From assembly GCA_965248445.1 (NCBI GenBank), contig CBDFJG010000004.1:1120001-1184000 (forward strand): 64,000 bases of DNA, in the 5' to 3' direction. A program made the translations under genes and the position numbers. Origin of the DNA: Planctomycetota bacterium (GTDB lineage Bacteria > Planctomycetota > JAJSAM01 > JAJVHW01). A model generated the notes under the pieces. That model made no database searches. It worked only from the letters and a program-made list of their open reading frames with translations, and was not told where the DNA came from. Positions 38,391-47,483 of this stretch are shown piece after piece (the first letter of the stretch is position 1; each line of letters begins with the position of its first letter).

Positions 38391-40550
38391 ATGCGCCTGT
38401 TGCCCCGCGCGATCGCCGCGCTGCTGTTCTGCCTGCTGACCGGCTTGGCCGGCACGGCGGGCGCCGCCGACGAGCGGATCGAGGCGGCGAAGGCTCTCAC
38501 CAAGGCGGGGAAGTACGCGCAAGCGGCCGCAGCGTGGCAGGTCGTCCTCGACGAGCTCCCGAAGGACCTGGTGGTCACGAACGGCGACGCGCACTGGTTC
38601 GCCGCCCAGGCGAATCGCAACCACGGTGAGATCGAGACGTCGATTGCACTGCTGCGCGCCTACCTCAAGAAGCACGCCGACGAGGACGGTGCCTTCCGCG
38701 CCAGCCGCGGACTGTTCCTCGATCTCGCGGGCGAGGCCGACGACGCGGCGACACAGACGCTCGGGAAGAAGCACCTCGCCCGGTGGCCCAGTTCGAGAGG
38801 CTCGTACGGGGTCGCCGCCACGTACCTGCGACGCGGATGGAAGCTCCCGAAGCTGAAGTCGTCGTACGCCGCGATCCGGAGCTGGACGTACGACCGGACG
38901 AGCGTTTCCAAGGACCCCGACCTCCGCATCGCTTTCATCGAACTGATCGAGCGCCGGTTCCCGAAGGAGGACGCGGTCAAGGACGGCTCCACTCTCTACA
39001 CCAAGGGCTACGGGCACCACATGGCCGGCCGCCAGGACGAGGCAATCAAGCTGTTCCGCAAGTACCTGGCACGGCGGGACGACAATCTGGAAACGGTCAC
39101 GCGGTACTTCCTGGCGGAGGCGCTGCTTGCGCTGGATCCGCCGGACATGGAGAAGGCGCGCAAGCACCTGGCGGCCGTGTCCAAGACGGGCGGCAAGTAC
39201 GGAGAGCGGGCGGACCGTCGGCTACAGGGGCTGGCCGCCGGGGGAGCGGCGCGCCTGAAGCTCGCTGACGGATTCCCGCAGGAGGACGGTCTCGGCAAGG
39301 TCGTGGTGCTGACGTCCTACGCGGCCGGATCGGCGGAGCGCAAGGCGTTGAAACCGCTGATCGACTTCCACGGCGCGAAGGTCGAACGGTTCGAGATCGA
39401 CAAGACGGAGCGCGTGCCCGCGAAGTTGAAGAAGCACGGCGCGGAGTTCGTGATCGTCGCGGTCCCGGCGCTCGTCATCGACATCAACTTCCACTACGAC
39501 ATCCTCGAGATCTGCCGCGACCTGGACGACGACCCGCTCCCGGACTTCCACTTCGGCTACTTCGTTGCCCGCGAGCCGTCGGATCTTGCGGCGCTCGCGG
39601 AGCGGACGGTTCGGCTGCACGAGGCAGCGCGGAAAACGGCCGCCATGGCGACGGTGCCGCTGACGAAGTCGAACGCGAAGAAGCTGACGGAGCTCGACGC
39701 GGTCCTCCACTTCGGCCACGGGTCGCCCTGGGACGTGAACGACGGGATGACCGGTGTAGAGGTCGGTCGACTGGAACTGCCGCGTGCTCCGCTCGTCGTC
39801 TCCGGGGCGTGCTTCAACGGAGTTTGCAGCCGCAGCTACCACCCGTCGGCGTACCAGCCAATCCACCTGCGGCCGCAGACGATCGATCCGTCGAAACTCA
39901 TGACGCTGAACTGGGTGACGGCAGGCGTCTCCGGCTACCTGGCCGCGCTCGAGGCCGACCGTGGCGAAATGGCGATCGCGGAGTGGAGCCGCCTGCGGCA
40001 GCACGCGGAACCGCAGGGCGCGGTGATCGGACATCAGTACCGCACCGTGTTCACCAGCTTGCCCGCGAACTTCAAGGCGTTCCGGCGCTATCGGCTGGGC
40101 GTCACGAAAGACACGTCGTTCTACCGGGTCATGCTGCGCGGCGCCGTCTCGCGGCTCCTGATCGGCGACCCGTCGCTGCGGCCGCTCGCGGCCCCGGTCG
40201 ACGAACCCGCACTCGCATTCGGGTGGGTGGCCGGCGGCGGTGGGCACGTCCTCACCGCCCGTGTCGTCCGCTTCGACCAAGGCACGTCGCAGGAGTACCT
40301 GCCCACGTCGGGGGATCGGTTCCGCCAGCGCATGTACGTGCGCGCCGCCGTCCCGGAAGGAGCGGACGCGCTCGGCGCACACACCGTCACGTTGAGACGC
40401 GACAAGGGAGAGCTGCGACCCGCCGCCGTCCGACTGTACGACGAGGTGTGGGGCGGCCGCCGCTACGTCAACCTGAAGATCGAGAGCAACGACGGAAGCC
40501 TCGGCAGCCCCGGCACGACGATGACGTGCATCTTCGCAGTAGCGAAGTAG
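38391..40550 (+). CDS. Secreted TPR-repeat protein with C25 (gingipain-like, clan CD) peptidase domain
   Basis: Signal peptide, TPR-like helices, DDDPLPDFHFG, HFGHGS (His), VSGACFNG (Cys), LIGDPSL; GGAGG SD. Confidence 0.7.
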   Translation: MRLLPRAIAALLFCLLTGLAGTAGAADERIEAAKALTKAGKYAQAAAAWQVVLDELPKDLVVTNGDAHWFAAQANRNHGEIETSIALLRAYLKKHADEDGAFRASRGLFLDLAGEADDAATQTLGKKHLARWPSSRGSYGVAATYLRRGWKLPKLKSSYAAIRSWTYDRTSVSKDPDLRIAFIELIERRFPKEDAVKDGSTLYTKGYGHHMAGRQDEAIKLFRKYLARRDDNLETVTRYFLAEALLALDPPDMEKARKHLAAVSKTGGKYGERADRRLQGLAAGGAARLKLADGFPQEDGLGKVVVLTSYAAGSAERKALKPLIDFHGAKVERFEIDKTERVPAKLKKHGAEFVIVAVPALVIDINFHYDILEICRDLDDDPLPDFHFGYFVAREPSDLAALAERTVRLHEAARKTAAMATVPLTKSNAKKLTELDAVLHFGHGSPWDVNDGMTGVEVGRLELPRAPLVVSGACFNGVCSRSYHPSAYQPIHLRPQTIDPSKLMTLNWVTAGVSGYLAALEADRGEMAIAEWSRLRQHAEPQGAVIGHQYRTVFTSLPANFKAFRRYRLGVTKDTSFYRVMLRGAVSRLLIGDPSLRPLAAPVDEPALAFGWVAGGGGHVLTARVVRFDQGTSQEYLPTSGDRFRQRMYVRAAVPEGADALGAHTVTLRRDKGELRPAAVRLYDEVWGGRRYVNLKIESNDGSLGSPGTTMTCIFAVAK

Positions 40551-40553
40551 TCA

Positions 40554-41153
40554 TCACCGCGCGCGGAATAGCAGCCTCTGAAGTTCCTGTCCGCGCGCCA
40601 CCTCGCGGAGTTCCTCCCACGATAGGCGTCCGTCCCTGGTCACGCGCACGCGTAGGTCGATCAGCCGCGGAGCGTCGAAACCCCCGTCGATCACCGGCTC
40701 CTCCACTTCGATTCCGTCGGCTCTCTCGATCGCCGTGCGCGCCGCCGCTCCGAACTCCGCGGCCTGCTCCTCGAAGTGCGGGGTGAGCCCCCCGGAATTC
40801 GGCGAAGAGAACGGCAGTCCAGGCGGCGCTCCCTCGAGCCCGAGGAAGCGCACGAGATCCAGGTACTGCATCGCCCGATCCGGGGAGTCGATCGGCACGA
40901 GGTAGCGGCGCAGATCGTCGATCGTCTCGAGATCGATTTCGTGCTCCGACGTGCGCACGGCGTAGAGCTCGGGCGAGGGTGCGTATTCCGGCTGCGTGTA
41001 GCGCACCATCAGTGCGCTCTCTTGCAGCAACGAGTGCGGCCCGCTGCCCGACTCGACCCACGCGCCCGACAGTGATCTGCACGACGAACCCGAGAGGACG
41101 GCCACCAGGACGACCACGACGACGATACCGAGCCCGAAAAGCGTGTTGCGCAC
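40554..41153 (-). CDS. Hypothetical exported protein, paralog of 41278..41880
   Basis: Hydrophobic N-terminus then CRS; shares PH.LL, DDLR..L.PID.P, PPG...SP..GGL, RL.DLR, EELRE.AR with neighbour. Confidence 0.75.
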   Translation of the reverse strand: MRNTLFGLGIVVVVVLVAVLSGSSCRSLSGAWVESGSGPHSLLQESALMVRYTQPEYAPSPELYAVRTSEHEIDLETIDDLRRYLVPIDSPDRAMQYLDLVRFLGLEGAPPGLPFSSPNSGGLTPHFEEQAAEFGAAARTAIERADGIEVEEPVIDGGFDAPRLIDLRVRVTRDGRLSWEELREVARGQELQRLLFRAR

Positions 41154-41191
41154 GCGCAGAGCGTACGGCCCCCGGGGCGCGAGCGCGTCGG

Positions 41192-41271
41192 GCGGGAATG
41201 CCGAGCGTCGTGATGTAGATGACGGCCTGGCTCTCGGGGATGGCGAGCGCCCGATTCATCTCGTCGTCGAA
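41192..41271 (-). repeat. Orphan 80-bp copy of the SagB-type gene 3' end (partner 41881..41960)
   Basis: 75/80 identical by manual alignment; both copies encode FDDEMNRALAIPESQAVIYITTLGIPA. Confidence 0.92.
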
Positions 41272-41277
41272 CTAGCG

Positions 41278-41880
41278 CTAGCGACCGCCGAACATGAGCG
41301 ACCGCGTCGCGGCGTCGCGGGCGATCTCACGCAACTCCTCCGAGGTGATCGCACCGTCCGGCGTCACGTGCAGGCGCAGGTCCACGAGCCGCATGCCGCC
41401 GGATGCGTCGGCGACGAGAGCCGGTTCGCGTATCTCGATGCCGGTGTCGGTCTCCGCGAAGCTCCGCTCGGTGGCGCCGAGGGCGAGCGCCTGCTCATCG
41501 AAGTCGAAACCGAGCCCGCCCTGTGACGGCGATGCGTGCCCGATCCCCGGCGGCGATCCCGCGAGCCGCAGGTAGCGCAACAGGTAGACGTACATCTTCG
41601 CGAGACGCGGCGTGTCGATGGGCAGCAGCTGCGGCCGCAGGTCGTCCACTGCGTGCAGCACGATGTCGTCGTCGCCCGCGCGCACCACGTACGACGGCGT
41701 CGGGTGCGACTTCGGATCCGCAACGTCGTACCGCGTCACGAGCAGCACACCCTCGGGCAGCAACTCGTGTGGCGTCGGGTACTCCTCGAAGACCGTCGCG
41801 GAGCGGCAGCCGTACGCGAGTGCGACCGCCAGCCCCGAGAAGACGAGGAACGTGAGCAGCCCGTGCAGGGCGTCCTTCAT
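41278..41880 (-). CDS. Hypothetical lipoprotein-like protein, paralog of 40554..41153
   Basis: LAYG-C lipobox-like; ATG overlaps the SagB-type stop (ATGA). Confidence 0.78.
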   Translation of the reverse strand: MKDALHGLLTFLVFSGLAVALAYGCRSATVFEEYPTPHELLPEGVLLVTRYDVADPKSHPTPSYVVRAGDDDIVLHAVDDLRPQLLPIDTPRLAKMYVYLLRYLRLAGSPPGIGHASPSQGGLGFDFDEQALALGATERSFAETDTGIEIREPALVADASGGMRLVDLRLHVTPDGAITSEELREIARDAATRSLMFGGR

Positions 41881-43442
41881 GCCGGAATGCCGAGCGTCGT
41901 GATGTAGATCACCGCCTGGCTCTCGGGGATGGCAAGCGCCCGGTTCATCTCGTCGTCGAAGTACCCGCCGCAGCCCGATACGCCGAGGCCCTCGCGCAGC
42001 GCCGCGAGGTTCAGGCGTTCACCGAGCTGGCCGGCGTCCAGACCGAGCGACCGATACGCACGATCTCCGTACCGCGCAACGGCGCGCGTGAGGTCCGCCG
42101 TGTGCACGACGACGGCGCCCGCGTGGGCGAAGATCTCCTGTCCGAGGCCCAGATGGTGCATGCGTCGCGCAATCGTCTCGGCGGTGCCTCGCGACAGCTC
42201 ATGGATGCGTGGCGCAGAGCCCGGTTCGTAGAGGTAGGTGCCGGGCGGAAGCTGCGGCCCCGCGTCGATCGCCACCACGTACGTCCGCAACAACCCCGGT
42301 GCCAGGAGGCGGCTGGGATCCGCGCACGTGAACGCGAGCACGCTGTCCAGACGGCCCGGCGGGATCGACCCCGGTCGGAAGCGGCGCGTGCTGCGGCGCT
42401 CCGCGATCGTGTCTGTCACGGGCTCGAGCGGCGTCCACTGCGTCGGCGCTGCGACGGCGGCGATGACGTACTTGTCCGTCGGCAGCGGCAGGTCGGCGGC
42501 ATCCTCCACGACCTCGGCGTCTGCCTCCAGGCGGCCGGCCACGTGAACCGCGGCGATCAGGCGCTCGGGTGGCGAGTCGTCGAACCGATCCGCGACGGCT
42601 TCCACTGCGCGGTGCCACTCGACGGCGATCGAACGGCGGCTGGGAACGTCCGGCACCTCCGCGGCGGCGTCCGGCGCGAGCACCGGCACGATCGCGAGTG
42701 GCCCCTCCTCGTGCGGCGTGAGTTCCAGCAGTCCCTCGATGCGTGCATCGTGGAACGCGCCCAGCGGGTGCGCGTAGAGGCCCTCTACTCCCGTGGCGAG
42801 GACTAGGTTGCCCAGAACGTGCCCGGTGTCGAGCAGCGCGCGGCGGTAGCCGCGCTCGCGGTAACGCCAGGAACTGCGGCGCCAGATCGCACTCAGCACG
42901 AAGAAGACGGACGCGACCCGCGCCGCCGGGTGCGAGAAGCACGCACGGCGCACGGCCTCGATGTCGTCTCCGGCGCGCACGGTGGCCAGCGAGTGGTCGA
43001 GAAGCTGGTACGAGTACGCGCCGTCCGGCAGACCGGGCACGCCGCGCGCGAACACGTAGACCTCGGTCGGGTACATTGCGCCGGCCGAGGGCGCCGCCCG
43101 GAAATGGTGGAAGAACGACTGGTCCCCCACGATCCGTGTGCATCCGTTCGTGTGCCACAGGATGCGTGCGAGCTTCGCGAGGTCCATCGCCCCCTCACCC
43201 GCGCGTTCGATCTCGTCGTCGCTCTGGATCGCTCCGTCCTGCTCGCTCGGACGCCGGATCGGGACCCCCTCGGTGGGCAGGAGGATGCGCCGACCCGCGT
43301 AGTCCTTGAAAGGCGGCGGCCGGGTGCCCCACTCCAGCGGCTCGCGCGCCGCCGCCTCGCGGCGCAAGCCCTCCTCGCTGTACTTCGTCTCCTCGTGATA
43401 CCGCTCGGCGATCGACGATTCGAAGGGGGCCAGAGGCTTCAC
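41877..43442 (-). CDS. SagB/ThcOx-family dehydrogenase (two nitroreductase domains)
   Basis: ERYHEETKY, RAAPSAGAMYPTEVY, WRYRERGYRRALLDTGH, RRSTRRF, YGDRAYR..LDAG.LG.RL.L.A, GGYFDDE; GTG 43442 with GGGAG SD. Confidence 0.92.
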   Translation of the reverse strand: MKPLAPFESSIAERYHEETKYSEEGLRREAAAREPLEWGTRPPPFKDYAGRRILLPTEGVPIRRPSEQDGAIQSDDEIERAGEGAMDLAKLARILWHTNGCTRIVGDQSFFHHFRAAPSAGAMYPTEVYVFARGVPGLPDGAYSYQLLDHSLATVRAGDDIEAVRRACFSHPAARVASVFFVLSAIWRRSSWRYRERGYRRALLDTGHVLGNLVLATGVEGLYAHPLGAFHDARIEGLLELTPHEEGPLAIVPVLAPDAAAEVPDVPSRRSIAVEWHRAVEAVADRFDDSPPERLIAAVHVAGRLEADAEVVEDAADLPLPTDKYVIAAVAAPTQWTPLEPVTDTIAERRSTRRFRPGSIPPGRLDSVLAFTCADPSRLLAPGLLRTYVVAIDAGPQLPPGTYLYEPGSAPRIHELSRGTAETIARRMHHLGLGQEIFAHAGAVVVHTADLTRAVARYGDRAYRSLGLDAGQLGERLNLAALREGLGVSGCGGYFDDEMNRALAIPESQAVIYITTLGIPA

Positions 43443-43491
43443 GGGGCCCACTCCCCGAGCGTGCCACGGCGCGCCGGTTCGCGGGCAGCAA

Positions 43492-44229
43492 TCACGCGCC
43501 GGCCTGCGCTCGCAGCAGTGAGACCTGCGCGAGCACCGCAACGGCAGCGGTGTCCGTGCGGAGCGTGCGGTCCCCCAGAGAGACCGAACGGAAGCCCGCC
43601 GCTTCGAGGAGCTCGATCTCGAACGGAAGGAAGCCGCCCTCCGGCCCGACGGCGAGCACGACGCGCCCCGCTCTGCCGACGGTGACTCCGGCCAGCGGAG
43701 TCGCGGCGCCCGGGTGCGCGACCAGAGCGGTGGTGCCGTTCGCGAGATCCGGCGCACGGTCCTCGGCGAACGGGCGGAACAGCGGCTCGATGGAGACCCT
43801 CGGCACATGCGTTTCGCGGCCCTGCGACAGCCCCTTGAGGAGCAGCGCTCGCAACGAGCCGTCCTCGAGCACACGCGCCGTCAGATACGGCTTCGCCACG
43901 CGCCAGGTCCTGAGCAATACGAGACGGTCCACACCGAGCGCTGCGATCTGGGGCACGAGCCGCGCCAGCATCTTCGGCCGCGGGATGGCGAGGACGACAT
44001 CGGTGAGCGGCCGTGGCGGCGCCGCGCCGAATGCGCCTCGGAGCGTCACGCCGTCGTCGTCGCTCGAGACGATGTCTCCGCTGCCGGTGCCGCCCCCGAG
44101 GAGCCCGACGCGCAGCGTGTCTCCCGGCTCCGAGCGCAGGATCTCCCGCACGTGGCGAGCGCGGCCGTCCGCCACGCGGTAGATCCCGTCCGACACCAGG
44201 TCGGACCCGTCGAGAAGCAGCAGGTTCAC
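43492..44229 (-). CDS. rsmE: 16S rRNA (uracil1498-N3)-methyltransferase
   Basis: MNLLLL...HVREILR, LAIPRPK, LAVGPEGGF...E, SLGDRTLRTDTA. Confidence 0.9.
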   Translation of the reverse strand: MNLLLLDGSDLVSDGIYRVADGRARHVREILRSEPGDTLRVGLLGGGTGSGDIVSSDDDGVTLRGAFGAAPPRPLTDVVLAIPRPKMLARLVPQIAALGVDRLVLLRTWRVAKPYLTARVLEDGSLRALLLKGLSQGRETHVPRVSIEPLFRPFAEDRAPDLANGTTALVAHPGAATPLAGVTVGRAGRVVLAVGPEGGFLPFEIELLEAAGFRSVSLGDRTLRTDTAAVAVLAQVSLLRAQAGA

Positions 44230-44261
44230 GAAGACAGTCTCTCACCGGTGGTCTCCCCGCT

Positions 44262-44294
44262 CCATCTGCGGGCCATCTGCGGGCCATCTGCGGG
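44262..44294. repeat. Perfect 11-bp tandem repeat x3 in divergent promoter region
   Basis: CCATCTGCGGG x3 between rsmE and the decarboxylase. Confidence 0.9.
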
Positions 44295-44357
44295 GTGCCC
44301 GCCCCACCTCCCGCCGCTTTCTCGTGAGGCTCCGGGCGGGCGTGGGAGACTCCGGGG

Positions 44358-45776
44358 ATGCCCTCGGACCTCTCCTTCCTGCAGTGGGCGTTCGGCTACA
44401 TGCGCGAGCGCGCTGCGGCCGACGCGGCGGCCCCGGCGTTCCGCCAGCCGATCGAGGAGGTCCGCGCTCTGAGCGACGACGAGGTGCGCCTCGTCCGCGC
44501 GTTCCCCGAGGGGCCGATGGACGGAGACGACCTCCGCACGGCGCTGACTGCGCTCCTCGACGACCACCTCGTCAACGGCCGCACACCGCGGTTCCAGAAC
44601 CAGCTGTTCTCCGGCGTCGAGGAGGAGGGCCTGGTCGGTGGCTTCCTGGGCGTGTTCCAGAACAACACGATGTCCACGCGAGAGGTAGCGCCGCTCCCGT
44701 CCGAGATGGAGACCGCCGTTCTCGACTGGATGCTGCGGCTCCTCCCGTGGGACCGCGCGAAGTCGAGTGGCACTCTCACCCCCGCCGGGTCGTTCTCGAA
44801 CTACCTGGCGGTGTTCCTCGCGCGCAAGCGGGCCACTGCCGAACACGGGGATGACGTCGTGCCGCGCTTGGCGCTCTTTACGTCGGAGGCGGCGCACTAC
44901 TCGATCGAGAAGGGCACGGACCTCGCTGGCGTCCCACTCGCGAACGTGTTCCGCGTTCCGTGCGATGCGCGCGATCGCATGCGCCCCACCGACCTGGGTC
45001 ATGCGCTGCGCGCAGCCGAGGACAAGGGTCTCATCCCGTTCTTCGTCAACGCAACGCTCGGCACGACCGTCGCGGGATCGCTGGATCGCGTGGACGATCT
45101 GCGCGAGGCGATAGATGGACGCAACCTCTGGCTGCACGCCGACGGAGCGTGGGGCGCACTCGGGCTCCTCGGCAGCGAGCGCGATAAGTTCCGCCGTCCG
45201 CTCGCACACGCGGACAGCCTCACGTGGGATGCGCACAAGGGCCTCGGGGCGCCCGTCGCGCTCTCTTTCTTGATGGTCAAGGACGGCGCGTCACTGGACG
45301 CACTGCGGCCGCCGAGCGGCGCCGGCTATCTGTTCAAGGACGCGGACGCGGAACCGGAGACCGCGGATCTCGGTCTGCGGTCGCTCTACTGCGGCAAGCC
45401 GTTCGTCGCGCTGTCGATGTGGCTCCTCTGGAAGTCACGCGGCGAGTCCGGGCTGCGCGAGCACGTGGATCACGCCCGCGCGCTGACGCTGCGCTTCCGG
45501 GACCGCATGGCCTCCTCGCGTGTCTACGAACTCGTGCATGAAGAGCCCGAGACGTGGACAGTCTGCTTTCGACCCCGCGGTCCCGCGCGCGCCGAGCGCG
45601 AGCGCGTCGCCGTCCGTGCGCGCGAGCAGATCAACGCGACGGGGCGCTTCATGATCAACCTGTGCCCCTCGGGCGGCGAGCGCGTGTTTCGCGCGCTGTT
45701 CATCAATCCGATGATGACTGAGGCGCACGTCGACGAGTTGTTCGAGCACGTCGAAGCGTGCCACCCGGCGGCGTGA
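44358..45776 (+). CDS. Group II PLP-dependent amino acid decarboxylase (GAD/CSAD-like)
   Basis: PRFQNQLFSG, AHYSIEK, PFFVNATLGTT, WLHADGAWG, DSLTWDAHK (PLP lysine). Confidence 0.9.
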   Translation: MPSDLSFLQWAFGYMRERAAADAAAPAFRQPIEEVRALSDDEVRLVRAFPEGPMDGDDLRTALTALLDDHLVNGRTPRFQNQLFSGVEEEGLVGGFLGVFQNNTMSTREVAPLPSEMETAVLDWMLRLLPWDRAKSSGTLTPAGSFSNYLAVFLARKRATAEHGDDVVPRLALFTSEAAHYSIEKGTDLAGVPLANVFRVPCDARDRMRPTDLGHALRAAEDKGLIPFFVNATLGTTVAGSLDRVDDLREAIDGRNLWLHADGAWGALGLLGSERDKFRRPLAHADSLTWDAHKGLGAPVALSFLMVKDGASLDALRPPSGAGYLFKDADAEPETADLGLRSLYCGKPFVALSMWLLWKSRGESGLREHVDHARALTLRFRDRMASSRVYELVHEEPETWTVCFRPRGPARAERERVAVRAREQINATGRFMINLCPSGGERVFRALFINPMMTEAHVDELFEHVEACHPAA

Positions 45777-47455
45777 GCCCGTTGCCGGACCCCGAAAGCG
45801 GACCACTCCTCACGGTCGCAGAGTCGTCGAACTACGAACGGACGTCCGTGCACGCGGACGTGCTGGCGTTCGTCGCCCGGCTGCGCGCGCTCTGCGAGGA
45901 ACAGGGTACCGGCGCGCTGGACGTGCAGTCGATGGGCAGCACGCCCGGGGGCCGCGAGCTGCCGGTGCTGGTGATGTCGGCTCATGGGCACTTCGAGCCG
46001 GATGCGGCGCATGCCGCCGCCGATGCGCACGGCCGCCCCGTCGTGCTGATCATCTGCAACATCCACGCCGGCGAAGTCGAGGGCAAAGAGGCTGCACTCA
46101 TGTTCGCCCGCGACGCGCTTCTGGCAGGCGACGGCAGTCTCTTGCGGCTGGTGCGCGACACGACGCTGCTACTCGTCCCGAACTACAACGCCGACGGCAA
46201 CGACCTGATCGCGCCGGACAACCGAACGCTCGATCTCGCGCTGATGAAGGGACAGGACAGTCCCTCGGGCGGCGTCGGCACGCGATACACCGGTCAGGGT
46301 CTCAATCTGAACCGCGACTACACGAAGATGGAGGCGCCCGAGACGCGACTCCTGTCCGCGCTGGTCGGCCGCTGGAACCCACACGTGATCGTCGACTCGC
46401 ACACCTCGAACGGCTCGCCGCACGCATATCACCTGACCTACGACACGTCGCACACGCTGCTCAGCGGCCCGCCCGATCCGATCCTGTACACGCGGGACCG
46501 GCTGCTGCCCGCGATCGAGCACGGACTTCTGCAGCGCACCGGCCACCGCACGTGGTTCTACGGCAACTTCCGCGACAACGACGATCCGGCGAGCGGCTGG
46601 GAGACCTATCCGGGACTGCCGCGGTACGGGAGCCACTACAGAGGGCTCACCGGCCGCATCGACATCCTGCTCGAGGCGTACAGCTACCTCCCGTTCGAGG
46701 AGCGCGTGCGTGTGACCTACGAGGTCTTCGTCGAGATCCTGGACCAGGTCGGCTCACGCGGCCGCGAGATCGTGGGCGTCTGCGCCCGCGCGGCCGCCGA
46801 CACGATCGCACGCGGCCGTTCTCCGCAGCCGGACGACGTGGTCGGCGTGAACTACGGCGTGGCACGCCGCGATGCGGAGGGCCGCCTGGTCTACGACTAC
46901 CCAGCGTATCCACTCTGGCAGACCGACATCGCCGCCTGGGACGCCGACGCAATGCGCGAACGCAAGGTGCTCGGCGGCGCCCTCACGTACTGGCCGACGA
47001 CGTTCTACGCACGCTTCCTGCCGGAGGTGTCCGTTCGCCGCCCGCGCGGCTACGTGATCCCCGCCGGCCGCAGCGACATCGCGGAGTTCCTGCGCGCCCA
47101 CAACGTGCTCGTGCGGACCCTCGGCAGCGACGCGGCTGAACGCCGCGTCGAGCGGTACGTCGTCCTCGCCCGCGACTCCACGGTGAGTCCCGACGTCGGT
47201 TACGAGCCCCGCGACGAGACCGTCTTCAGCGTGCGCCGCGAGCACGCCGTCCGCCGTCTCTCGGAGAGCGACCACTTCGTGGACATGGCGCAGCCGCTCG
47301 CCGCGGTCGCCATCTACCTGCTCGAACCCGAGAGCGACGACGGGCTGGTGCGCTGGGGCTGGTTCGAAACGACGCAGCCCGGTGACGAATACCCGGTCCT
47401 GCGGGTTCCCGGAGGCGCTCCACTCTCGCCTCCGCCGCGGGCCAAGCGCGAGTAG
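45773..47455 (+). CDS. M14 family zinc metallopeptidase
   Basis: NIHAGEVEGKE (HxxE), PNYNADG, NLNRDY, DSHTSNG; GTG overlaps the decarboxylase stop. Confidence 0.88.
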   Translation: MSPLPDPESGPLLTVAESSNYERTSVHADVLAFVARLRALCEEQGTGALDVQSMGSTPGGRELPVLVMSAHGHFEPDAAHAAADAHGRPVVLIICNIHAGEVEGKEAALMFARDALLAGDGSLLRLVRDTTLLLVPNYNADGNDLIAPDNRTLDLALMKGQDSPSGGVGTRYTGQGLNLNRDYTKMEAPETRLLSALVGRWNPHVIVDSHTSNGSPHAYHLTYDTSHTLLSGPPDPILYTRDRLLPAIEHGLLQRTGHRTWFYGNFRDNDDPASGWETYPGLPRYGSHYRGLTGRIDILLEAYSYLPFEERVRVTYEVFVEILDQVGSRGREIVGVCARAAADTIARGRSPQPDDVVGVNYGVARRDAEGRLVYDYPAYPLWQTDIAAWDADAMRERKVLGGALTYWPTTFYARFLPEVSVRRPRGYVIPAGRSDIAEFLRAHNVLVRTLGSDAAERRVERYVVLARDSTVSPDVGYEPRDETVFSVRREHAVRRLSESDHFVDMAQPLAAVAIYLLEPESDDGLVRWGWFETTQPGDEYPVLRVPGGAPLSPPPRAKRE

Positions 47456-47483
47456 CCCGACGCCGCGTCTCTCCCTGTCTTGA

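Noticed and set aside
41192..41960. 80-bp repeat pair as a diversity-generating retroelement TR/VR
   Set aside because: Mismatches are not adenine-specific (three are C/G), all are synonymous, and no reverse transcriptase is in the window.
41877..43442. SagB as part of a thiazole/oxazole RiPP cluster
   Set aside because: No YcaO, E1-like protein or Cys/Ser/Thr-rich precursor nearby; stand-alone two-domain SagB-type genes are common.
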